Position numbers and translations under genes: made by a program. Below, piece after piece: positions 51,685 through 63,007 of a stretch of 64,000 nucleotides of DNA. The first letter of the stretch is position 1. Each line of letters starts with the position of its first letter. Source of the stretch: Octopus sinensis (lineage: Eukaryota); the NCBI RefSeq assembly GCF_006345805.1, contig NC_042999.1:131440001-131504000 (forward strand). The letters are read 5' to 3'. A model generated the notes under the pieces. It was given only the letters and a program-made list of their open reading frames with translations. It made no database searches and was not told the DNA's origin.

Positions 51685-53865
51685 CACCAGGGCTTGGTTC
51701 TCAGTACCCTCTATTTGTCACAGCCCTCCAGGCTATAACAGAGGAATTTAAGACTGGTTGCCCTTGAGAATTAGAACTTTGGTCTTTGCTAAGTTATGCT
51801 GATGACCTTGATCCTATTATTGCAGAATTTGTAGTAGAATTAGACAAGGAATTCCAGGTGTGGAAACAAAAACCTTGAATTAAAAGATTGTAAAGTTAAC
51901 TTGGCAGGAAAACAGAGAGGGCTCTACTCCCTTCAGTAAATGGCCCTGTCAATATCTAGGAAAAATTTAGGTAGAAATTCCATATGGTGCACTCATTGCA
52001 AGCTAATGGACACATAAGTGATGCAGTGGAATTTACATGAAGGTTAACAGAGGAAGCAGACTTTGTATGTGGTAGATGTGCAGGAACAATAAACACTAAA
52101 AATGTATGGGAAATATATTATCTCATATGCCCAAAAGGTTCTCCAGAGGTAGTAAATAGTTCCTGTTACCTAGGTGATCTAATTAGCAGTGGAGGAGAAT
52201 GACCTGAAAGTGTAGTTACCAGAATGAGAATAGAATGGAAAAAGTTCAGAGAGCGGTTACCTTTGTTGGAAAGAAAAGGGCTTTCTCTCAGAGTGAAAGG
52301 TAGATTGTATGATGTATGTGTACATGCAGTAGTACTACATAGTAGTGAGATGTAGGCCGAGTACAGAGGAAATGCAAAAACTAAAAAGAAATGAAACCAG
52401 TAGGCTTCATTTGATGTGAAACATCAGTGTACATGTATGACAAAGTGCAAATGTGTTGGGCATGAGAGAAAACTGTACTGGTATGACCATGTGGTGCATA
52501 AGGATGGGAACAATTATATAAAGAAGTGTCAACCACAAAATGTAAATGGGACTTGTGAAACAGTAAGACCCAGGAAGACATAGGATAAGGTAATGAAGGC
52601 TGATCTCAAGAGATTGAGCCTCATGGAGAAGATGACCATTCTGTCTAAATGAAAGTGATGTCCTAAAAGCATTTTGTTTATGTCTATATATTCACTGGAC
52701 CCTGCCCCTGCCCCTGCATCCACTCTGTGCTCATCAGGCCATTGCCACCTCTCATCTTCGTAATGTCCATCTCTCTACTTTTCTAACTGTAGCACTATTC
52801 AGCAGCTATAATTATATGAGAACAGAATATGCACCTATTTCATATCCCTTTGTGCCACCAGTTATCTCCCCATCCCTCTTATCCCTGTCTCTCATTTTCA
52901 ATATCATCCCTTCCTGCATTATTTTCCACTAATTACTACTTTCTGCACCTCCTTCAGATACAGCTTACAACTGCCATTACCTTATCTTTAACACCCTCTC
53001 TTATCTGCAATCATTCTCATCACCTTGGCACATCTGATGTCAACAGCCTCTTTTTCACCTTTGTCCCACACCCACTTAACCATCCCTACATATTCCTGAC
53101 ATCCATCTTTGTCACTATACATCTCTCTCTCTCTCTCTTTTTCTCTCTCTTTCTCCCATCCTACATTCAGCTTCACATTTTCTGATCCACCAAGTGGTTT
53201 GTTAGTGTTATACCCCTCCCTTCTGCCACTTATCACTTCCTCCTTCCCAAACCACTTCTATTCTTTCATCTTCCTCTTGCAATACTGATATATGCAATTG
53301 ACCACACCTTCACCCTTGTTTCACTCACTATACTCACCTCTAAAACTATTTCTAATCATCACTCTCCTCCTGCACTCTAATGAATTTATCACCCAACCCT
53401 CCCTAATGCATGTTCATATTTTCTCTTATGCCCACCTTCTTGTACCTTGAGAGTTCATGCTGACTAATCATCATTATCTTGTTTCCATCTACTCCTAACC
53501 ACCCTTATATAATGTAAAGTAACCATGTAGTTCCCCAGAGCAAGACACTTGAGCTTGTCTCTCTATCACACTTTGGCCTCTCAACACCTGGCATAGAGCC
53601 ATCTCTCTAGTACAACCCCACTTCAGTCAGAGGTCTTCTTATTTTCTTGTCTTGGTGACCTTACTAGTGCTGGTGTTATGAAAAAAAAAAACACCCAGTA
53701 CAGGCTGGAAAATGGTTGGCATTAGGAACAGCATCCAACAAATAAAAACCATGCCAAAACAGACGAGAGCTCAATGCAGTCCTCTAGTTCATTGGATCCT
53801 GTAATACTATCCAACCCATGCCAGCAAGGAAGACCTACATTAAATGACATGTTACATGATGATAA
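51685..53865 (+). mobile_element. Older, degraded, 5'-truncated RTE LINE (RT C-half, PHD remnant, pyrimidine-rich 3' UTR)
   Basis: 51685-52640 is collinear with 58312-59300 (YADD at ~51796, WPC, THK.C, FVCGRC, GLSLRVKGRLYD); RTE tail at ~53700-53865. Confidence 0.8.
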
Positions 53866-53908
53866 ATGTATGTTGGTATGAGTGAGTGAGAGGTGTGTGT
53901 GTGTGTGT

Positions 53909-53959
<51 letters not shown>

Positions 53960-53964
53960 ATATA

Positions 53965-55110
53965 TATTCTTTTACTGGTTTCAGGCATTCATCTGCAGTC
54001 AGCTGGGAGATCAGCTTCAAAGGATTTTTATTTTGAGCATGTTGACCCCAATATTTCAGTCAGGTACTTTTTTTTATCAATGTCTATCTGAGAAACTGTA
54101 AGGCTACACACACAAACACACACACACTTACACAGAACTGCAAAAAGCTTTCATAGTTTTCACCTACCAATTCCCCTGACATTGTACTGGTCAACCTGAG
54201 GCTAGAGCAGAAGACACTTGCCCAAGATGCCATGTAGCAGAACCAAACCCAGAACCAAATGGTTGCAAAGCAAACTTATTAACCATATAGTCATGCCTAT
54301 ATCATTCTACACCACTCTCTATATAAGTATATAGAGACTAAATAACACATTAAGCTTGTGAATTTTTTAATAAGTGAAATCAATAATGACTTAAAACCAA
54401 AAGATATAGTCTTTTGTTAACAGTAAAGGAAAACATTAAAAACACATTAACGGTATTCCCACTTAAAAGATAACTACTATAGCTAGCTTTTATCTTTTGT
54501 CTTTTACTTGTTTCTGTCATTGGACAGCAACCATGGCAGAGCACCGCCTTGAACGAGTTTAGTTGAACAAATTGACAGCAGTACTTATTTTTGTGTTAAG
54601 CCTGATATGCTTTTTATCAGTCTCTTTTGCTGAACTTCTAAGTTACAGGCCATAAACAAACCAATACTAGTTGTCAAGTGGTGGTGGGGATCAAACACAA
54701 ACACACACAGAGAATTCTTTCAGTTTCCATCTACTCTCAAGGCTTTGGTCGGCCTGAAGCTATAGTAGAAGACACTTGCCCAAGGTGCCACATAGTGGTA
54801 CTGAACTTGGAGCCATGCCTAGCCTAAATTGCTCTATTACTCACAATGGTCAAAGTGATGAACTGGAGAGTAACTGCAAGTCATTACACAAACTATTTTG
54901 TCTTTTATCTTTCACTTGTTTCAGTCAGTACCCCAGTATGTTTGCTGGGGTACTGTCTTCAAGGGCTTAGTTGAACAAACTAACCACAGAACTTATTTTT
55001 TTAAAGTCTAGTACTTATTTTATCCATTATTTTTGTTAACCCACTAAGTTACAGGGACATAAACAAACCAACACCAGTTGCCAAGCAGAGTGGGTGGGAC
55101 AAACACAAAC
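53965..55110 (-). mobile_element. Cluster of three SINE copies or fragments (~53965-54300, ~54495-54815, ~54900-55110)
   Basis: Each begins ttttactt/ggtttc.g.catt and follows the family at 19916-20285. Confidence 0.75.
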
Positions 55111-55272
55111 CCAAAGACATGCATACATATGTATGTTACTGCCCAGTTTGAAATGAGAAAATTTGTTTTTACCCAAAAGAAACACTTTCCCATAAAAATA
55201 TCAAACATGAAAATATTCAGAGATAGAAAATATGTAAAATTTTTTTGGAATACTTTGATAATACCTCTAAAA

Positions 55273-55827
55273 CAGAGGTAAATATGGCTCCTGAGGATCC
55301 CTATAAGAATTTTGGGGTCTATGCAACAAAATAGTAAATTGGGGATCCACAATAGCATTTTATGGTCCCCTGAAAAAGTTTAGCTTTAGATGTATGTATT
55401 GCTATTTATTACAAGAAACATCTAAGTTTCTTTCTCTGATATTTTACATAGTTCAACCTATACAAGTTAATGTGTGAAAAACAAAACAGGAATTTCTAAA
55501 GAAGTTTCTATAAAACTAGTTTTTAAGCATCGAATATCTATGGAGCCCACTAGAATAAGATGGTAATCAAAAGGGTTCATAAGTAAAAAATGGTTGAGAA
55601 CCCCTGCTTTAGATGTATGTATTGATATGTATTGGAAGAAATAGCTAGGTTTCTTTCTCTAACATTTTACATGCTCAACCTACACAAGTTGATGTGTGAA
55701 AAACAAAACAGGAATTTTGAAAGTTTCTAAAGACTAGCTTTTAAACATCAAATGGCTAGGGGGGGGGGCACCATAATGAAATAGTAATCAAAGGGGTCCA
55801 TAGATGAAAAACAGCTGATAACCTTTG
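55273..55827. mobile_element. hAT MITE with a duplicated 3' half and an internal right TIR
   Basis: TSD ctctaaaa (55265-55272 and 55828-55835). The unit ctttagat…TIR occurs at both 55384-55606 and 55607-55827. Confidence 0.85.
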
Positions 55828-56171
55828 CTCTAAAATAAAATTCTAAATTAAAAACTGTTCAACTTGGGTCACTATATTTCATTTAATAACCTACCCTATC
55901 AAATACATGGAAAATAATTATAAAATTAAGTGAAAATACATGTGATTTGTAAATGGTCATTGCAAATGCCAGAATAACAGAAAATTGATGTATGCTTAAA
56001 TAGAGAAAAGAATGATGTCAATGTATGTTAAATTTAATTTGGGGGTAAAAACTTCCTTGTTTCATATTATTAGTCATCATTTGCTCATATTGTGTGTGTG
56101 TGTGTATACATACATAAATAAGCTTTTTTCTTATTTTTATAAGAATGCCATATTAGTATGGCGATAACTAT

Positions 56172-56215
<44 letters not shown>

Positions 56216-56247
56216 TTTATTTTAAGCAGCAGAAAATTCAACAAAAT

Positions 56248-56284
56248 CTGTTACTCTGAGTTTCTCGTTGCCGTTCATCAGACA

Positions 56285-56285
<1 letters not shown>
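56248..56285 (-). ncRNA. Minimal type-I hammerhead motif within a 72-bp island (56215-56286) in (TA)n
   Basis: CTGT-CTGATGA-A-CG-GCAA-CG-A-GAAA-CTCaGAG-T-A-ACAG. GNRA loop II; GUA triplet; the 10.1-11.1 pair is an A·A mismatch. Confidence 0.75.
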
Positions 56286-56345
<60 letters not shown>

Positions 56346-56403
56346 AAAGTAAGATAGGGGTTATGAATGATATATATATATATAATATATATATATATAT
56401 ATG

Positions 56404-59400
56404 CTCACAGAACACAGGTACAAGATTTTCTGGGCAGGGAACACTGACGGGGTCGGGGGCGTGGGTATACTTCTTGCGGAGAAATGAGTAGGTAAGGTAA
56501 TCGAGGTAGTCAGAGTAAGTGACAGAGTAATTAAAATTAGATTAGTCCTACACCATAGGACAGCTACCATCATCTCGGCATATGCCCCTCAACCAGGGCT
56601 ACCGGAAGGACAAAAAGACCAATTCTATGACACCCTATTGCGGACTACTTCGTTGACAAATGACAGTGACCTTCTCTTCGTGGCAGGTGATTTCAATGGA
56701 CATGTTGGACGACATGTCGGGGGCTTCCATGGCATCCATGGAGGCTACGGTTTTGGCTCTCGTAATGAGGAGGGAACCAGGCTGCTGGAGTTCTGCGATG
56801 AAAATGACCTTATGGTCTGCAATACCAACTTCAGGAAACCCACCTCTCACCTAGTCACCTACCGTTCTGGCAGACACACCAGCCAGATTGACTACATCCT
56901 TGCCAGAAAAAGGGAAAGAGGGCTGATTATAAATGCCAAAACCTTTCCAGGCGAAGAATGTACTCCTCAACATAGATTAGTAGTTAGCGACATCAGGATC
57001 AGAGCTAAATGGTTGCCCAGAAGAAGACCAGCTTGGAGGAGAAGGGTCTGGAAGCTTAAAGATCCTGCAAATGGACAGAGATTTAGAGACATACTACTCG
57101 AAGCCTTTGACGAAATAGAAGGGGATATAGCTTCACTTAATGTGGAAGACAACTGGAGATTCCTACGAGACAATCTGCTGACAGCCACTGAACAGATCTG
57201 TGGATGGAGCAAAGTACCATCTCGACCCAGAGTAACATGGTGGTGGAACAGGGTTGACAGGGCTATTAGACAAAAGAGACAGGCTTGGAAGGACTGGAAG
57301 AACAGTGGTAGCAGGGAATTGTATCAGACAGCCAAAAGGGAAGCTAGGAGACAGGTTTATTTAGCCAAAAGGGAAGCTAGGAGACAGGTTTATTTAGCCA
57401 AAAGGGAAGCTAGGAGACAGGTTTATTTAGCCAGAGGGGAAGCGGATAAGAAAAAATTTGCCAATGTTCTGAGCCGTGAGGATGAAAAACTTGAGGTATT
57501 TCGTGTTGCAAGACAGTGTGTGAGAGAGAATCGTGATGTGGTAGGAGAGAAGTGTGTTCGCATGGATGATAGTTCACTTGCGCTAAATGAGGATGCAAAG
57601 AGAGAGGTTTGGAGATGCCACTATGAAAGGTTGCTGAATAAAGAAAATGAATGGGATAAAGAGAGTCTGCCGAATGTTGACCCAACAGAGAGACCAGCTA
57701 TCCGAGTTGATAGTTCCGTGGTAGCTAAGGCAATTAGAAGCATGAAGACAGGGAAAGCCCCAGGCCCATCAGGAATTACTGCAGAGATGCTCAAAATATT
57801 TGGCAGTGTCGGCTATAACCTAGTCACCCGTATAGTCAACCAGGTGATACACGAAGGAGTCATACCCAATGACTGGTGTAGCAGCATACTAGTCAACTGC
57901 TACAAAGGTAAAGGTGATGCCCTAGATACAAATAATTACAGAGGTATCAAGCTGTTGGATCAGGTAATGAAGGTTACGGAGAGGGTCATAGCCCAACTAA
58001 TTAGAGAGAGAGTTAGTTTAGATGAGATGCAGTTTGGGTTCGTGCCAGGGAAAAGCACCACTGATGCTATATTCCTGGTAAGGCAGCTGCAGGAGAAATA
58101 CCTAGCCAAAGATAAGCCCCTGTACCTGGCTTTCGTTGACATGGAGAAAGCCTTTGATAGGGTCCCCCGAACCCTCATCTGGTGGTCAATGAGGAAACTA
58201 GGGATAGATGAATGGCTGGTGAGGCCTGTGCAAGCCATGTACAGAGATGCCGTAAGTAAGGTTAGGGTTGGCAACATGTACACAGAAGAATTCAAAGTAG
58301 AGGTTGGGGTCCACCAGGGTTCAGTACTCATCCCCCTCCTATTTATCATAGTCCTCCAGGCAATTGTGGAGGAATTCAAGACAGGTTGCCCCTGGAAGCT
58401 CCTCTATGCTGACGACCTCACTCTAATTGCTGAGTCACTATCAGAACTGGAGGAGAAGTTCCAGGTGTGGAAGGAGGGTTTAGAATCGAGGGGCCTTAGA
58501 GTCAACCTAGCTAAAACCAAAGTCCTAATAAGTAGAAAGGTAGACAATCCACAAATATCCTCAGGAAGATGGCCCTGCTCGATCTGTAGAAAAGGTGTAG
58601 GTAGAAACTCTATAAGATGTACCCAGTGTAAGCTATGGACACATAAGAGGTGCAGCAATGTCAAAGGTAGGCTAACTGGGAAGATAGTTTTTGTATGTGG
58701 CAGATGCTCGGGAGCATTGACCTCCGAAAATCTGCAGAAAACAACTTCCGTCACTTCCAGGGGGAAAAACTAGAAGTAGTTGATAGCTTCCGTTATCTAG
58801 GTGACCAAGTCAGTAGTGGGGGTGGGTGCGCTGAAAGTGTAACTGCTAGAATAAGAATAGCCTGGGCAAAGTTTAGGGAGCTCTTACCTCTTCTGGTGAC
58901 TAAAGGCCTCTCGCTCAGAGTAAAAGGCAGACTGTATGATGCATGTGTACAAACAGCCATGCTACATGGCAGTGAAACATGGGCCGTGACTGCTGAGGAC
59001 ATGCGTAAGCTCGTGAGGAATGAAGCCAGTATGCTCCGATGGATGTGTAATGTCAGTGTACTTACTCGACAGAGCGTTAGTACCTTGAGAGAAATGTTGT
59101 ACCTAAGAAGCATCAGTTGTGGTGTGCAAGAGAGACGATTGCGCTGGTATGGTCATGTGGCGAGAATGGATGAAGATAGGTGTGTGAGAAAGTGCCAATC
59201 CCTAGCAGTTGAGGGAACCCGTGGAAGAGGTAGACCCAGGAAAACCTGGGACGAGGTGGTGAAGCACGACGTTAGGTCTCACCATGGAAATGACTAGAGA
59301 CCGAGACCTATGGAAGTATGCTGTGCGTGAGAAGACCCGGCAAGAGTAGTGAAGCCATAACCCGTGGCCCCTACCTGGGACGTAGTCAGTCCACCTGTGC

Positions 59401-59884
59401 ATACCTTCCTTCTTGTGACACTTGTGAAGACCTGTTGAGGCAAGTGAAAATCAATCAAATCAAATCAAATCAGATGAACATCAATGGAATTTGTATCCTT
59501 GTGGTACCAGTGCCGGTGGCACATAAGAAAACCATCCGAACGTGACCGTAGCCAGTACCGCATCGACTGGCCTCCGTGCTGAGGGCATGTAACAAACACC
59601 ATCCGAGCATGGCCGTTCGCCAGCCTTGTCTGGCACCTGTGTCGGTGGTACATAAAAACACCATCCGAGCGTGGCCGTCTGCCAGCCTCGTCTGGCACCT
59701 GTGTCGGTGGCACATAAAATCACCCACTACACTCTCGGAGTGGTTGGCGTTAGGAAGGGCATCCAGCTGTAGAAACACTGCCAGATCTGACTGGCCTGGT
59801 GCAGCCTTCGAGCTTGCCAGACCCCAGTTGAACCGTCCAACCCATGCTAGCATGGAAAGCGGACGTTAAACGATGATGATGATG

Positions 59885-59885
<1 letters not shown>
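56404..59885 (+). mobile_element. RTE-clade LINE, 5'-truncated, young but inactivated
   Basis: APE endonuclease (GVGIL, SAYAPQ, GDFNGHVG, SQIDYIL, HRLV), RT (NYRGIKLL, QFGF, FVDMEKAFDRV, HQGS, YADD), PHD finger and RTE C-terminus (WYGHVARM, GRGRPRKTW). Lesions: in-frame TGA at 56485-56487, frameshift at ~58750, deletion at ~59270. The (GAT)n tail and both flanks lie in (TA)n. Confidence 0.95.
56638..58773 (+). pseudogene. RTE ORF main open segment (EN C-half, RT, PHD)
   Basis: 711-aa ORF from the track; after the frameshift it continues in the frame of 58695-59297. Confidence 0.9.
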
Positions 59886-59916
<31 letters not shown>

Positions 59917-60237
59917 CATTGTGTATCTCCCATACACACACACACACTTCATGCACATACACATAAACCCACATACAGTACTGGACCTATTATTCAGTTT
60001 CCTGGAATCTGAAATTTTCAGAAATCCAGGAATAGTGTGCAATATATTATACCCTGTATTGAGTAAACAGACTCATACACTACTTTAGAATAGTATTAAT
60101 TTGGTGTCTTCTTCTATAGCCTCAAGTCAACCAAAGTCTTGTGAGTGGATTTAGTAGATGGAAACTGAAAGAAGCCCATTGTATGTATATACATATATAT
60201 GTATGTATGTATATTATAGTGGGGTAGGCCAGTTTAT

Positions 60238-60298
60238 GGGGTTATCCTAGGTTTCTTGCTCATAAGGGGTTTAGCCTTATGGCATATGTTCAGACCCC
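60238..60298 (-). ncRNA. Hammerhead motif, left arm (G8 mutated)
   Basis: GGGGT-CTGAACA-TATGCCATAAGGctaaaccCCTTATGAGCAA-GAAA-CCTAGGA-T-A-ACCCC. Confidence 0.6.
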
Positions 60299-60369
60299 AA
60301 ACACTGCTGGCCTGAGACCTCTTTAAAATATTTTAAGATATTTTAAAGAGGTCTCAGGTCTGCAGTGTT

Positions 60370-60430
60370 GAGGTCTGAAGATATGTTGTAAGGCTAAACT
60401 CCTTATGAGTGAGAAACCCAGGGTAACCCC
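60370..60430 (+). ncRNA. Hammerhead motif, right arm
   Basis: GAGGT-CTGAAGA-TATGTTGTAAGGctaaactCCTTATGAGTGA-GAAA-CCCaGGG-T-A-ACCCC; GUA triplet. Confidence 0.75.
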
Positions 60431-61271
60431 ATAAACCAGCCAACCCCACTATAATATTAACTGCTCTACATCTTAGAGTGTGCTTCTCCTCCAGATTTAT
60501 GTATTTCTACAAACGATATATATATGTAGGTATTGTGTGTGTGTGAGGGGGGTGTTTGTCCCTCTGCTATCATTTGGTGGTGTGTTTATGTCCCCATAAC
60601 TTAGTGGTTTAGCAAAAGAGACCGATAGAATAAGCACTAGGCTTTACAAAGAATAAATCCTGGGGCCGATTTTTTCAACTAAAACCCTTTAAGCTGGTGC
60701 TCCAAAATGACTGCAGTCAAATGACTGAAACAAGTAAAAGAATAAAAGAATGTTAAATACAATATTCATGCACACACATAGCTTATTTTATATTTTAAAT
60801 ATATATTTAGACTGTCTGCAGGAAAGCCAAAAAAAAACAGAAACCCAAAACATTTCTGGTCCCAAGCTTACCAAACAGTTGGTCCAGTACTGTTCATACT
60901 TACATACCCAGGCCTGTTCACATGGAAGATTGCAACATGGTTACTTGAAATGAACAGCTCAGACAATAGGGGGAATAAAACACACCAAACACCTGACATG
61001 GAGTATCAATTAAGTGTATGAAATCTCACTTTGAGTGTTACCACCATGCAACTCAAGAACAAGAAGCTCCCACCAAATGCCTACTACATAAATGACAAAA
61101 CTCATCACAGGTGACAACAAATGTTGAATATGCAAAATTAAAACTGAAGACATTAGTTCCATTACTATCAAATGTGAAAGAATGTCCTCTAGGCTACTAT
61201 CTTCCCATGAAGCATGTTATAGTAACAAGAACAACATAACAAATACAGATGAATTACTGGTGGAATAAAAT

Positions 61272-61695
61272 CATCATCATCATCAGCAGCAGCAGCATTT
61301 TAACGTCTACTTTTTACTGCTTCCATGGATCAGACAGAGTTTACTGAAGCAAATTTTCTAAGGTTTGATGCCCTTCCAAGTACAGTAATATTTCAAAGTA
61401 AGATGATATTTCCCCATGGCCAGACATGTTCTTGCAGTATATTGGAAATGAATGACAGTGCTGGTATGACAGTGACAACCATTTACAACTATAATGTGCT
61501 GTCAAAACAAGGAGACACACACACACACACACACACACACATATGCACGCACACATACAGTAGGATTCTTTTAGTTTCCATCAACCAAATCCATTCACAA
61601 GGCTTTGATCATTATGGAGCTATAGTTGAAGATACTTACCCATATGCCATACAGTGGGACTGAACCCAAAACCATATGGTGGGAAGCAAACTACA
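61272..61695 (-). mobile_element. SINE with RTE-derived tail
   Basis: Same family as 25205-25760 and 46141-46590. Confidence 0.7.
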
Positions 61696-62365
61696 TACTT
61701 TAAGTCACATAGAGCAAAATCAACCTGTTTTAAATAATACACACACATCTCTTGTGCATCTCACAAAATAATATTCATGCACAAACACACACACAAAAAT
61801 AAGGTTGCATAATGTTATAATAATCATGCCAGCCTTCATCAGCCTCAGTTTCAGGACATGCAATGGCATTCTTGACAGAATCAAAGTATCATTTTCAAAA
61901 ACTTTCTCTACATAGCTAACTGTAGTTACACATTATATCTTATCTAATATTATACTATGATATTTTTTTATAACCAAAAATGACCCAAAATTATAAAGGA
62001 TGTTGCATTGGATCTATCAAATACTTCTATACAAAGTTTTGTGTACAAGCAGAAATTGACAATTAATCAGGACGTCTCTATTCACTTGATCTTTGCACAA
62101 AAGTTCAAGACATTCAAAATTTCTATGGTTATATATTATATATAACTATATTCAAATTAATCTGGACACTTTTGGTGATACTAAAATATAAAAATACACC
62201 ATGGTTATTGTTATATGGTTGATATTTTTATCTTAGTATCACTGTAAAGTCTGAGTTATTGACAATTTTTTATATGCAGTTTAAGTAACTTTGAGAAAAG
62301 AATAAAAATCAATAACCGCAATTTTGAAAGTTCTGTTCTGTCTTCTTTCTAGTGTGAAACATTAC

Positions 62366-62576
62366 CTATACTCTAAGCACAAGGTTCGAAATTTTGGGGG
62401 AGGGGGCCAGTTGATTAGATGGACCCCAGTATGCAAATGGTACTTAATTTATTGACCCTGAAAGGATGAAAGGCAAAGTCAACCGTGGCAGAATTTGAAC
62501 TCTGAACGTAAAGGCAGACGAAATACTGCTAAGCATTTCGCCTGGCGTGCTAACATTTCTGCCAGCTTGCCACCTT
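62366..62576 (-). mobile_element. tRNA-derived SINE (Meta/Nin-like)
   Basis: Full body; flanking repeat aaacattac. Confidence 0.85.
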
Positions 62577-62607
62577 AAAAACATTACTCATATACACACA
62601 AAATATA

Positions 62608-63007
62608 TAGGTGCAGATGTGGCTGTGTGGTGAGAAGCTTGCTTCCCAACCACATGGTTCCAGGTTCAGTCCTACTGCATTGCACCTTGAGCAAATGTCT
62701 TCTATGATAGCCTCAGGCCAATCAAAGTGTTGTGAGTGGATTTGATAGACAGAAACTGAAAGAAGCCCATTGTGTGCATGTGTGCGCTCTTGTGTGTGTT
62801 TTCATGTCTGTTTGTCCACCACTTGACAACCAGTGTTGGTTCGTTTATATCCCCAAAACTTAGCAGTTCAGCAAAGAAACCAATAGAATAAGTACCAGGC
62901 TTTAAAAAAAGAGAAAAGAAGTACTGGGGTTGATTTATTCAACTAAAAGTTCTTCAAAGCAGTAACCCAGCATGGCCACAGTCTAATGACTGAAACAGAT
63001 AAAAGAT
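62608..63007 (+). mobile_element. Full-length uninterrupted SINE (central-microsatellite family)
   Basis: Head gtggctgtgtggtgagaagcttgcttcccaaccacatggttccaggttcagtcc; short TG tract; 3' tail …gactgaaacagataaaag. Confidence 0.9.

Larger units (their letters stand above)
60211..60516. mobile_element. Head-to-head palindromic mini-element with two hammerheads
   Basis: Arms 60211-60334 and 60335-60457 are centred on TTAA with no spacer; unpaired tail to ~60516. Confidence 0.9.
60100..60750 (+). mobile_element. SINE with a hammerhead palindrome inserted in its central microsatellite
   Basis: The 5' part ends ggaaactgaaagaagcccattg (60181); the 3' part resumes at ~60550 with gtgtttgtcccc. Confidence 0.8.

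Noticed and set aside
56635-59113. Minus-strand and alternative-frame ORFs overlapping the LINE
   Set aside because: They are antisense or off-frame shadows of the RTE ORF.
61143-61190. CTGAAGA-CATT…AATGT-GAAA
   Set aside because: Stems I and III do not pair; a chance match.
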